Below, piece by piece: positions 9,118 to 20,769 of a stretch of 64,000 bases of DNA. The position numbers and the translations under genes were made by a program. Origin of the DNA: an uncultured Gammaproteobacteria bacterium (GTDB lineage: Bacteria; Patescibacteriota; Patescibacteriia; UBA9934; GWF2-40-263); the NCBI GenBank assembly GCA_964499955.1, contig CAZCMI010000001.1, positions 39,485-103,484 on the forward strand, written 5' to 3'. The notes below the pieces were generated by a model that had not been told where the DNA came from, did no database searches, and saw nothing but the letters and a program-made list of their open reading frames with translations. Numbering within the stretch: the stretch's first letter is position 1; every line of letters begins with the position of its first letter.

Positions 9118-9558
9118 TTATGTGTGTTCCCGGTCTTCCCGGGCGGCCTGGCGGCGCTTGATCGTTTCGCGCTTTTCGTACGCCCGTTTGCCGCGGGCCA
9201 GCGCGAAGGACAGCTTCACCAAACCGCGCTGAACATACAACGAAATCGGCACCAATGTCAATCCGGTACCGTGCGTTTTTCCCAGCAGCCGGTCGAGTTC
9301 CCGGCGCGTCACCAGCACCTTGCGGAGGCGCTGCGGCTGGTAGTCGGGCTGCGGACCCGCCGGGGCGTAGCGGGCGATCTGCGCGTTGTTCAACCACAGC
9401 TCCCCGCCGCGCACGAACAGGAACGCCCCGTTGAGCTGCGCGCGTCCCGCCTTGGCCGCCTTCACCTCGGGGCCGGTCAGCACCAACCCGCCTTCGAATT
9501 TCTCGAGGAATTCGTAGTCGTGGCGGGCGCGGCGGTTTTCGGCGAGGGGTTTTCCCAT
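9118..9558 (-). CDS. smpB: SsrA-binding protein SmpB
   Basis: The N-terminus MGKPLAENRRARHDYEFLEKFEGGLVLTGPEVK is the SmpB signature. The TAA stop (9118-9120) directly abuts the tmRNA 5' G (9117). Confidence 0.9.
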   Translation of the reverse strand: MGKPLAENRRARHDYEFLEKFEGGLVLTGPEVKAAKAGRAQLNGAFLFVRGGELWLNNAQIARYAPAGPQPDYQPQRLRKVLVTRRELDRLLGKTHGTGLTLVPISLYVQRGLVKLSFALARGKRAYEKRETIKRRQAAREDREHT

Positions 9559-9677
9559 GCCGCCGAGTATACGGGCGCCGGGCAGCGGACGCAACGCGCC
9601 GGCAACAGACGCGCGGCGTGCGCCAGCGGGGAAGAACGCGCAGCGAAATATGGTATGATGAACGAAACATCCCGCCT

Positions 9678-10721
9678 ATGTCCTTGCCGTTCCCGGACGA
9701 CCGTCCGCGCGTTATCTCGATTTCCACGTCCACCTTCGCCAAAGGCGTGCTTATCGCCCTCGGATTGTGGTTCTTGTGGTTCGTGCGTGACATCGTCGCC
9801 ATCGTGTTCGTGGCCGTGCTGCTGGCGGCCCTCATCGATCCGTTCGCCGATTTCTTCGCCCGCCACCGCCTGCCGCGTTCCGTGGCCGTGTTGCTCGTGT
9901 ATTTGCTGCTGGCGGGGTTGCTGGCCGCCGTCATCTTCTTGCTCGTGCCGATTGTCACGGTGGAACTCGCCCAATTGGTCACGGCTATTCCCAACAGTCC
10001 GTTGCTGGATTATTTCGGCCAGTTCCAGGCGTTCACCACGGAATACGGATTGGAAGAAAACGTCCGCGCCGCCCTGCAGTCGCTGCAGGCGGGAATTACG
10101 AATTCATTCACGTCCATTTTCTCCACCATCGGGGGCGTGTTGGCCGCGGTGGCCGCCGCCCTCGTCATGCTCGTGCTCACCTTCTACATGGTGGTGGAAG
10201 AAGAAGCCGCCAAGCGCGTGTTCAAACACCTGGCGCCCGAGGAATACCAGCCGTTTCTGTCCCGCCTGTTGAGCCGCATGCAAAAGAAGGTCGGGTCGTG
10301 GCTGCGCGGCCAAATGCTGTTGGGGCTGGTGGTGGGCATGGTCGCCTATCTCGGCCTGCTCCTGTTGGACGTGCGGTACGCGCTCATCCTCGCCTTGATC
10401 GCCGGCTTGTTCGAAATGCTGCCGTACATCGGTCCCGTGCTGTCCGTGATGCCGGCCGTGCTGGTGGCCTTCGGGCAGTCGCCGGGCAAGGCCCTGGCGG
10501 TGGTTGCCCTGTACGTCGTCATTCAGCAACTGGAGAACAGCGTGCTGACGCCCAAGATCATGCAGAAGACCACGGGGTTGAATCCGGTGGTGTCCATCGT
10601 CGTGCTGTTGATCGGCGTGAAGGTCGGCGGGTTCATCGGGGCGTTGTTGGCCATTCCAGTGGCCACCATGATTTCCGTCGTTTTGAGCGAACTTCTTAAC
10701 CGCGAGCCGCTTGAGGCCTAG
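9678..10721 (+). CDS. AI-2E family transporter (PerM/UPF0118)
   Basis: ~8 TM segments; the hydrophobic-segment pattern is typical of this family. The start lies in the GCCTATGTCC context. Confidence 0.75.
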   Translation: MSLPFPDDRPRVISISTSTFAKGVLIALGLWFLWFVRDIVAIVFVAVLLAALIDPFADFFARHRLPRSVAVLLVYLLLAGLLAAVIFLLVPIVTVELAQLVTAIPNSPLLDYFGQFQAFTTEYGLEENVRAALQSLQAGITNSFTSIFSTIGGVLAAVAAALVMLVLTFYMVVEEEAAKRVFKHLAPEEYQPFLSRLLSRMQKKVGSWLRGQMLLGLVVGMVAYLGLLLLDVRYALILALIAGLFEMLPYIGPVLSVMPAVLVAFGQSPGKALAVVALYVVIQQLENSVLTPKIMQKTTGLNPVVSIVVLLIGVKVGGFIGALLAIPVATMISVVLSELLNREPLEA

Positions 10722-10735
10722 CGCTTATTTTTCCT

Positions 10736-11125
10736 ATGTCCTTCCACCGGCACCCCTCGTTTTTCCCCGTCGTGCTCGTCTTGCTCACCGTGTTGCTCGG
10801 CGGGTTCATGGTTTACACGTTCCGCGGCCGTTCCGCGCCGCCGCCGGAAGAGCCGGTGGTGAGCCAAGAGGATTATCGCGCCGACGTCCGCGCGGCCTTG
10901 GCGCCGGTCATCGTGCCGGACGGGTCGGACCGCGCCGGGAACGTGAACCGTGCCATTGCGGATTTGCTCGCCCTGCGCGTGCCGGGGGCCGATACGGACG
11001 CCCATTTGGAATTCGTCAGCAGCTTGTACCGCATGCGCGAGGGGCTGGACGGCGACCCGGACGCCCTGCGCGAGGGGCAGGTCCGGTTTGACGCGGCAGT
11101 GGACGCCCATCCGTGGGTGCGGTAA
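10736..11125 (+). CDS. hypothetical membrane-anchored protein
   Basis: N-terminal TM segment (FFPVVLVLLTVLLGGFMVY). The start lies in the TTCCTATGTCC context. Confidence 0.4.
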   Translation: MSFHRHPSFFPVVLVLLTVLLGGFMVYTFRGRSAPPPEEPVVSQEDYRADVRAALAPVIVPDGSDRAGNVNRAIADLLALRVPGADTDAHLEFVSSLYRMREGLDGDPDALREGQVRFDAAVDAHPWVR

Positions 11126-11136
11126 ACAGGTCGCGT

Positions 11137-12057
11137 ATGGCTCGTATGGACAAGAACGAAGGACAGATGCCGCCCCCGCCTCCGCCCCCGGCGGCGACAG
11201 CCACGGCCACGTCCGCCGCCCCCGTGTCTTCCGTCGTTCCGTCCGCGGCACCCGCTCCGGTTCCCGCCATCCCCCGTTCTCGCGTGGGGTGTTGCGTGGC
11301 CGGGTGCGTGGGCGTGCCGTTGCTGCTCACTCTCATCGCCGTGGGTGCAGGTGCGTGGGTTGCGGCGAAGGCCGGCGTGGCGCGCGTGCCCGTTTTGTCC
11401 CGTTTCGCCTATGAGGCGCACGCGCCCGTGCGCATGGTGCCGGACGCGCCGGAGAACGGCGCGGGCTTGTTTTCGACCGACGCCCTCGCGGCCTTCCAAA
11501 ACGATGCGCTCACGCAGGAAGAAGCGCTCGAACGGTTTTTGACGGAAGAAAATCTTTCCGCGTTCTTCGGCAACCTTGAACGCCTGGGGCAGGCGGGAGC
11601 GGGCGGGCGGCTCAACGTCGCCCTGACGGACGCCATGCTGACGGCGTCCGTGCGGCAAACCGCCGCGCGTCAGGACGCTGCCAACCAAGCCCCCGCCGCA
11701 GACCAAGACCACCCGCAAAAACAAAACGGCCCCTTCGACATGGCCCGCGCCCAGCTGGCCGTGTCCCGCCAGCGCGGCATCGAACTCTTCCTGCCGCTGC
11801 GCGACAACGTCCAGGGGTCGTCCGTGCGTATGTATCTGCGCCCCGCCGTGGAAGATGGAGCTTTGGTGCTGCACGTGGCGGAAGCGTGGGTGGGCAACCT
11901 GCGCGTGCCGGCCTCCTTGGTGGCAACTTTCAGCGATGCTGTCGTGGCAGGGCCGCTGCGCGCCGCCGCGGACGACATGCGGGCGCGTCTTGTGTGGACG
12001 CACGTAGAAGTGGAAGATGGCGCCGTTCGTCTGGAAGGGATTCCCGCCGGTTTATGA
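11137..12057 (+). CDS. hypothetical Pro/Ala-rich membrane protein
   Basis: polyP/AT-rich N-terminus, one TM segment (GCCVAGCVGVPLLLTLIAVGAGAWV) and a soluble C-terminal domain. The start is ambiguous (11113 or 11137). Confidence 0.4.
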   Translation: MARMDKNEGQMPPPPPPPAATATATSAAPVSSVVPSAAPAPVPAIPRSRVGCCVAGCVGVPLLLTLIAVGAGAWVAAKAGVARVPVLSRFAYEAHAPVRMVPDAPENGAGLFSTDALAAFQNDALTQEEALERFLTEENLSAFFGNLERLGQAGAGGRLNVALTDAMLTASVRQTAARQDAANQAPAADQDHPQKQNGPFDMARAQLAVSRQRGIELFLPLRDNVQGSSVRMYLRPAVEDGALVLHVAEAWVGNLRVPASLVATFSDAVVAGPLRAAADDMRARLVWTHVEVEDGAVRLEGIPAGL

Positions 12058-12821
12058 TCCTTCTGCACCGCATCACGCCGTTCGCCTTGTTCCTCGTCTG
12101 CGGGGCAGCCTTCGGCTTGGCCATGGCCTTGCCCGCACGGTCGGGGTTCGCCGCGTTGTGCGCGGGATTGGTTCTCGCCCTGTTGTTGCTCGTTCGGTTG
12201 GTGGGCTGGCATCCGCGCACCGGGGCGTTTTGGAACCTGACCTTCGCTCCGTGGCTGCTGTTCGCCTCGGGCGCGGGGTTGTTCCTGCTGTTGGAGCATC
12301 CCGCCCAACGGGTGTTGATCGCCGCGGTGGTGGCCATCCTTCTGTTCTTTTTCGCCGAGCAGGTATTCGCGTACGTCCATGCGCCGGCCGTGTACCGGGC
12401 GTATGCCATCCAACATCTGTCCCTGGGCATGAACGTGCTGACGTTGTTTTTCCTCGGCGCGTTCGGGTTCGGGGTGCGGATGTTCCTGCAGACGCCGTTG
12501 TACGTGCTTACGCCCGTGGTCTTTGCCGCGGCGGCCTACGCCATGTACCAGACCTTGTGGGTGAGCAAGATGGAACACCGCCGCGCGCTGACGTACGGGG
12601 CGGCGGGCGGGCTCGTGCTGGCCGAACTGTTCGTGGCGCTCACCTATTTGCCCACGGGCTTTGCGGTGAACGCGGTGGTGCTCGCCCTGGCCGGGTATTT
12701 GTTCCTCGGCTTGTCCCGCGCGTGGTTCCTGGAGCAGGCCGAACGGCCGCTGGTGCTCCGGTACGTGGCGGCGTGCGTCCTGCTTTCCCTCGCCGTCCTC
12801 GCCACGGCGCAATGGCGGTAA
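12054..12821 (+). CDS. hypothetical polytopic membrane protein
   Basis: ~7 hydrophobic segments. The ATG overlaps the previous stop (ATGA). Confidence 0.4.
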   Translation: MILLHRITPFALFLVCGAAFGLAMALPARSGFAALCAGLVLALLLLVRLVGWHPRTGAFWNLTFAPWLLFASGAGLFLLLEHPAQRVLIAAVVAILLFFFAEQVFAYVHAPAVYRAYAIQHLSLGMNVLTLFFLGAFGFGVRMFLQTPLYVLTPVVFAAAAYAMYQTLWVSKMEHRRALTYGAAGGLVLAELFVALTYLPTGFAVNAVVLALAGYLFLGLSRAWFLEQAERPLVLRYVAACVLLSLAVLATAQWR

Positions 12822-12834
12822 CCTCTTCTTTCCT

Positions 12835-13857
12835 ATGTCTTCTTGGCCCCATCTGTTCCGCGTGACCATCCTCGCTGTCGCCCTTGGGGCGGGCAGCGGC
12901 GTGGTTGCTTCCGCCCTGACGTCCGCGTATTTGGTGGACTACGCCTCCCAGCTGGGCGAGTTGTCCTCGCCGTTGCGGTTTGGGGAGCGCGTCCCGCGTC
13001 CGGCCGGATTGACCGACGCCGTGCTGGTGTCCCTGCGGGAGCGCGTGTTGCCGTCCACGGCGTTGTTCTATGCTGCCGCGCCCGGTGCGGACGGCTTCGA
13101 TTTGGCCGCGCCGGAACGGGTGGGCGTAGTGCTCACGTCCGACGGGTGGATGCTGACTTCGGCGGAATCCGGCCGCCCGGCACCCACGCACGTGGTGGTG
13201 GGCCGCGAAGCGTACGCCGTGGAACGGACGGCGGCGGATCCGGTGTCCGGAACGTTGTTCGTGAAGGTGGCCGCCCGCAACCTGCCCACGGTGGCCTTCG
13301 GCGGGTCCGAAGCCTTGGCGCCGGCCGATTTGCTCTTCGTTGCCGATGGCGCGCGCGCCCTTTCGTCCGTGCGTCTGCGGGCCAACGTGCGTCCGGCCGC
13401 CGCGTCTTCCGACCGCGCCGCGCGCCGCCTGCACGTGGACGTAGCCCTCCCCGGTTCCCCCGTTTACGACGCCGACGGCGAACTGGTGGGCTTGGCTGTA
13501 GACGAAGACGGCGCCGTGCCGGTGGAGACCTTCCTGCCCGCATTCCGCGCCTTGCTGCGCGACGGCGCCCCCACGCGCGGCACCCTCGGCCTGACGTATC
13601 GCGACCTGTCCCTCTCCGTGGGGTTGCAGGTGTCCCTGCCGACGACGGGCTTACTGGTCACGTCCGTGGGGCGGGGAAGCGCCGCCGAAGTGGGCGGCGT
13701 GCGCGCGGGAGACGTGCTGGTTTCCCTGGACGGCCGTTCGTTGGACGGCGCCCGTTCGTTGGACGAAGAGTTGGGAGGCGCGGCCGCGGATCAGACCGTT
13801 ACCTTCGTCGTGGATCGCAACGGGGAACGGCGCGACGTGCGCGTAACGCTGCGTTAA
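12835..13857 (+). CDS. HtrA-like trypsin-fold + PDZ protein, likely catalytically inactive
   Basis: N-terminal TM segment. The protease-like core has TSAES where the His motif (TNxHV) should be and PGSPVY in place of GNSGGPL. The C-terminal PDZ reads LLVTSVGRGSAAEVGGVRAGDVLVSLDGRS. Confidence 0.55.
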   Translation: MSSWPHLFRVTILAVALGAGSGVVASALTSAYLVDYASQLGELSSPLRFGERVPRPAGLTDAVLVSLRERVLPSTALFYAAAPGADGFDLAAPERVGVVLTSDGWMLTSAESGRPAPTHVVVGREAYAVERTAADPVSGTLFVKVAARNLPTVAFGGSEALAPADLLFVADGARALSSVRLRANVRPAAASSDRAARRLHVDVALPGSPVYDADGELVGLAVDEDGAVPVETFLPAFRALLRDGAPTRGTLGLTYRDLSLSVGLQVSLPTTGLLVTSVGRGSAAEVGGVRAGDVLVSLDGRSLDGARSLDEELGGAAADQTVTFVVDRNGERRDVRVTLR

Positions 13858-13907
13858 CGCCCGCGACGCTGCGCGAACGCCCGCGCTCTGCTATCATAGG
13901 AGGAGAT

Positions 13908-14552
13908 ATGCCCCGGCCAAGCTACGCTTCAACTCTGCTGCGCGGATGGGAATACGTCGCCTTGTTCGCCCTGGCGGGATTGATTTTGTCCGTCGGCGTT
14001 TCCTTCGTGGAGCCGATGAAGTATTCGTCCACCGTGCGCCTGTTGGTGATGCAGGACGTCGGCGCGTCCGTGGACGCCTTCACCGCCAGCCGCTCCGAAG
14101 AACGCATCGCGGAAAACCTGGCGACCATCGTCTACACCACCACGTTCTTCGACCGTGTGTTAGACGCCGGCTTCGCCATCGACGCGCGGTATTTCCCCAC
14201 GCAGGACAACCGCCGCCGCCGGGCGTGGACGCGGACCGTTACGCCCACCGTTTCGCGCGGGTCCGGCATCCTTACGGTGACGGCCTTCCATCCGGACGTG
14301 CGCCAGGCGGAATTGATCGCCCAGGCCGTGGGGTTCGTGCTGCGGGAACGGGTGGGGGAATACACCTCGGGCGGCAACGTGCAGGTGCGCCTCATCGACG
14401 CCCCGTTGAACTCCCGCTGGCCGGTCCGGCCCAATTTCGTGGCTAACGGCCTGTCCGGGTTCTTCCTGGGCGGGTTCGTCGGGGCGGGGTACGTGCTGCT
14501 GCGCGCGGAACGCGTGCGCCGCCGGCACCAATTGTTGCATGAGGATGATTAA
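13908..14552 (+). CDS. Wzz/CpsC-like polysaccharide chain-length determinant family protein
   Basis: Two terminal TM segments flank a soluble domain; the size and topology fit PF02706. A canonical SD (AGGAGG) precedes it, which is rare in this window. Confidence 0.5.
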   Translation: MPRPSYASTLLRGWEYVALFALAGLILSVGVSFVEPMKYSSTVRLLVMQDVGASVDAFTASRSEERIAENLATIVYTTTFFDRVLDAGFAIDARYFPTQDNRRRRAWTRTVTPTVSRGSGILTVTAFHPDVRQAELIAQAVGFVLRERVGEYTSGGNVQVRLIDAPLNSRWPVRPNFVANGLSGFFLGGFVGAGYVLLRAERVRRRHQLLHEDD

Positions 14553-14627
14553 AGAACGGCGTGAAGGGGAGGAACGGCCAAAACGGCCGTTTTTGCTTAT
14601 TTTTCGAAGGTTTTGAAGCGAAGGGGC

Positions 14628-14656
14628 TTGACAGGAACGTGAAAAGACGCTATAGT
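14628..14656 (+). promoter_or_regulatory. consensus sigma70 promoter TTGACA-N17-TATAGT
   Basis: cTTGACAggaacgtgaaaagacgcTATAGTcacc. Confidence 0.6.
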
Positions 14657-14929
14657 CACCTCTTCAAAAAAGACGAAAACCGCCTTTTCTGGCGGCCTGG
14701 TATCCACCCGCCGTACCTCCTCCTTACGGCGCGGGACGATGCCAGGCCACTTGAGCAGGCGGCCGGGCCAAGGAACACGGAATCCCCGCGTTTCATGGCC
14801 CGAACGCATGCTCGAACGAACCTTTACAACCGGTTCAGAACATGGTCGGGCGCCTCCCATCGGGTGGCGTGCGTGGCGGATGGTCCGTCACGGCAAAACC
14901 CGTCGCCTACAGAGGCGAAGGGAGGAAAC

Positions 14930-16381
14930 ATGCGTTCCAACCCCACCCCCGCCGCGCGCTGCGTGGCAAAGGAGCTTCAGATGTCGAAGTCCATGCAGGT
15001 CGCCTTCGCGGCGGCCGTCGTGTTCGTTCTCTCCACCCCCGCGTTCGCGCAGGGGTGGAGCCGCTCCGTTCCCGGTCAGGGGACGGTCGTGTTCACCCCC
15101 GCCTCCGTCGCGGGCTCCGCCAAGAAGGCGGAGAGCCCGGCCGACGTGGCCAAGCGGGCGGCGGCCTGTCTGGCCGCCGGCGACATCTTCGGGAAGGACG
15201 GCGTCTGCCGTGCCGACCCGAAGAAGGAAAAGGCCGCCTGCGAGGCGGGCGGCGGCACGTGGGACGCCTCCAAGCCCACCCCGTCCTGGCAGGGTGCGAA
15301 GGACGCCCGCTGCGACCTGTCGGCCGTGAACAAGGACGACACGGAGGATCACCTCAGGGTCGAGTTCTGCAACGATCCCACCAGCCCTTCGAGGCTGCGG
15401 AGCGTCTACAAGGAGCACAAGTGCACTCTGTGGCGACTGCAGCGCCTTCAGCGTGGCGAGAAGGCCACGCGTGAGGCTGAGAGTCGGCGGACCTCCGAGA
15501 GTCTCGAGGCCCTGAAGAAGGACCTCGAGGCCAAGATCGCGGAGGCCAAGGCCCTCGCGGACGAGGGGAATAGGACTGCCGCAGAGGCGGTCCGTCTCCT
15601 CGAGAAGCTCGGTACGGACGTCCGTGGGTCCGAGGAGGCCTGTGAAAAGGCCCAGCCGACCCGCGAGGATCGCCTGGCCTGCGCGGGTCTCCGGGGACGT
15701 GTCGCCACCCTGGAGCTGACGCTCTACGGCGCCCCTGAATGCGCGACCGATCCGCAAGGGGAGGCGTGCAAGAAGGCCCCCGGCATCGTCAGGGTTCTCC
15801 ACGGCATCAATGGTCGCGTGGGCGACCTCGAGGATAGCGCCGGTCGGCTGCAGCTCGGCGTGGGCCTGCGTTTCGGCGCAGGCACCCAACCGGCCGTCAG
15901 GGCCGACGTGGGGGGGGCGACGTACACGTTCCGTGGCTCGGATAATCTGGCCTTCGGGCTGGACGTTCGTTTGCACGTCCCTTCCGCCGCGGTCGGTGGG
16001 ATCGGTGTCTTCTCTCTCGGGTGGTCCTACCACCGGGAAGACACCCACAACGTCGCTGGTAAGTCCGTCGGCGTTGGGGGCCACGGCCTCTTGGTCCGCG
16101 CCCAGCATCTCTGGGGTGTGAGCCAGGAGTGGAAGCTCGGCGCAGGCGCCACCTTTGCGGGTCATTGGACCGCGCAGGCTCATCCGAACGCGTTGGGCAA
16201 GGTCTCGGCGGCAACGCCCGACCTGCACTTCGCGGCGCTCTGGCAGCCCATCCCCCACTTCGTCGTCACCGGCGATCTGGGGGTGGGGTACGACTGGGCC
16301 TCGGTCGTCGTCAATGGTGCCGAGCGCACGGGCAACGGGCTCGCGCTCGCTGTCCGGCTCGGTGCCGGCTGGATGTTCTAA
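14930..16381 (+). CDS. secreted coiled-coil protein with C-terminal beta-barrel-like domain ending in aromatic Phe (OMP/autotransporter-like)
   Basis: A strong SD (GGGAGG) lies 6 nt upstream. There is a signal peptide (...VFVLSTPAFAQG) and a ~250-aa E/K/A-rich coiled coil. The ~190-aa C-terminus has amphipathic beta-strand periodicity and ends in GAGWMF. Confidence 0.5.
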   Translation: MRSNPTPAARCVAKELQMSKSMQVAFAAAVVFVLSTPAFAQGWSRSVPGQGTVVFTPASVAGSAKKAESPADVAKRAAACLAAGDIFGKDGVCRADPKKEKAACEAGGGTWDASKPTPSWQGAKDARCDLSAVNKDDTEDHLRVEFCNDPTSPSRLRSVYKEHKCTLWRLQRLQRGEKATREAESRRTSESLEALKKDLEAKIAEAKALADEGNRTAAEAVRLLEKLGTDVRGSEEACEKAQPTREDRLACAGLRGRVATLELTLYGAPECATDPQGEACKKAPGIVRVLHGINGRVGDLEDSAGRLQLGVGLRFGAGTQPAVRADVGGATYTFRGSDNLAFGLDVRLHVPSAAVGGIGVFSLGWSYHREDTHNVAGKSVGVGGHGLLVRAQHLWGVSQEWKLGAGATFAGHWTAQAHPNALGKVSAATPDLHFAALWQPIPHFVVTGDLGVGYDWASVVVNGAERTGNGLALAVRLGAGWMF

Positions 16382-16461
16382 CCGTTCTACCGTTCTCTTG
16401 GCCCTCGTGCATTCGCTTGAAAAAGCGAGTGTGCGGGGGCCTCTTTCTTTTCCTCCGACCC

Positions 16462-16490
16462 TTGACAAAAGGCAGGTTTTCCGGTATAGT
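16462..16490 (+). promoter_or_regulatory. consensus sigma70 promoter TTGACA-N17-TATAGT
   Basis: cTTGACAaaaggcaggttttccggTATAGTgc. Confidence 0.6.
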
Positions 16491-16564
16491 GCTTTCTTCC
16501 CGCATGACAATCATCGGGATTGCGGCTGGGCATGTTGCCTAGTCGAAGGCCTGAGGAGGCCACC

Positions 16565-17224
16565 ATGAAGACGATCTTTTTCCCGGCGGCCGCCGCGGCC
16601 GCCATCGCGTTCACCCTCCTCCCCGCCTGTGGCGGGTTGGAGGACATCGACTTCGGGCAGGAGTTCTCCTGCCCGTCGGGGTTCGTTCCCGGGGTGGTGG
16701 ACGGCATGTCCGTCTGCCTGACGGACGGCCAGCCCGACGGCGGAGGCGGGGGCATCAACTGCCCCCAGGGGTTCGAACCCGCCACGGTCGGCGGCCAGGA
16801 GGTCTGTGTCCAGCAGACCGACGGCAACCCTGACGGTGGGGATCCCAATCCTCAGGGAGGGACCCTGCGGATGCGGTGCACGGCACCGCAGGGGCGCACC
16901 CTGCAGTCGCTGCGCGTCGATCCGATCGAAGCGCACGAGGGGAAGGAAGGACCCTATTGGACGTGCGAAAAGAATGTGAGCGGCCAAATGGCCGATATCA
17001 CGTGCAACCGGCGCGGGACGAAGAAGTTCTTCGTCAACGGCACTGCCACCGGCGGCGATTCGCCGGGCAAGTTCCTCAGCTACGGCTGGACCGGAGACGG
17101 TTCCGCACGAAGCGACTGGGACTGCGACTACTGGCTCGACGGTCATTCCGTCGAGCCGAAGGTCAGCGAGCCGTGGAGCCCCGGCGGCAGGAGCCTCGGC
17201 TCCGCACTCTATCTGGAGTTCTAA
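16565..17224 (+). CDS. putative Cys-containing secreted lipoprotein
   Basis: Signal peptide with the lipobox-like LLPAC|GG. Gly/Pro-rich with scattered Cys. Confidence 0.45.
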   Translation: MKTIFFPAAAAAAIAFTLLPACGGLEDIDFGQEFSCPSGFVPGVVDGMSVCLTDGQPDGGGGGINCPQGFEPATVGGQEVCVQQTDGNPDGGDPNPQGGTLRMRCTAPQGRTLQSLRVDPIEAHEGKEGPYWTCEKNVSGQMADITCNRRGTKKFFVNGTATGGDSPGKFLSYGWTGDGSARSDWDCDYWLDGHSVEPKVSEPWSPGGRSLGSALYLEF

Positions 17225-17272
17225 CTCCAGGTTCGCCACCCGCCCCCTCCCCAAAAAAGAAGCCGCACTTCT

Positions 17273-17323
17273 GCCCCCGTATCCGATTCGCGCAAGCGAT
17301 CGGTGCGGGGGCTCTTCTTTTTG
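17273..17323 (+). terminator. rho-independent terminator
   Basis: gcccccgtatccgat...atcggtgcgggggc stem followed by tcttctttttg. Confidence 0.55.
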
Positions 17324-17477
17324 TAAAAACAGGTGAATTCCTTGACGTTTGGCGCAAAGGGTGCTAGAAAACCGGGTCCTCTCCGAATGGTTCGGGGTGG
17401 GCGTGAACGACCATTTCTTTCACAATCGGCGAGAAATATCGCCATGCGTTGCCCGGCGCACCGGGCGGAGGTTCATC

Positions 17478-20666
<3,189 letters not shown>

Positions 20667-20701
20667 CGGCTAGCGGCTGACGAAGCCGTGTGAAACTCTC
20701 G

Positions 20702-20749
20702 CGGCGGTGGAACCATCCCTTTGGGGACGGGTTCCACCGCCGTTTTTTC
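20702..20749 (+). terminator. rho-independent terminator
   Basis: cggcggtggaac-loop-gttccaccgccg followed by tttttt. Confidence 0.7.
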
Positions 20750-20769
20750 GTTGTCCGTGCTAAAATGAC

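Noticed and set aside
14657-14929. A possible c-di-GMP (GEMM) riboswitch in the long leader (GGCAAAACC segment).
   Set aside because: Only a single loose heptamer match was found. The paired GCAAAGCC element and the P1/P2 architecture were not. A structured leader may still exist, and it is reported separately at low confidence.
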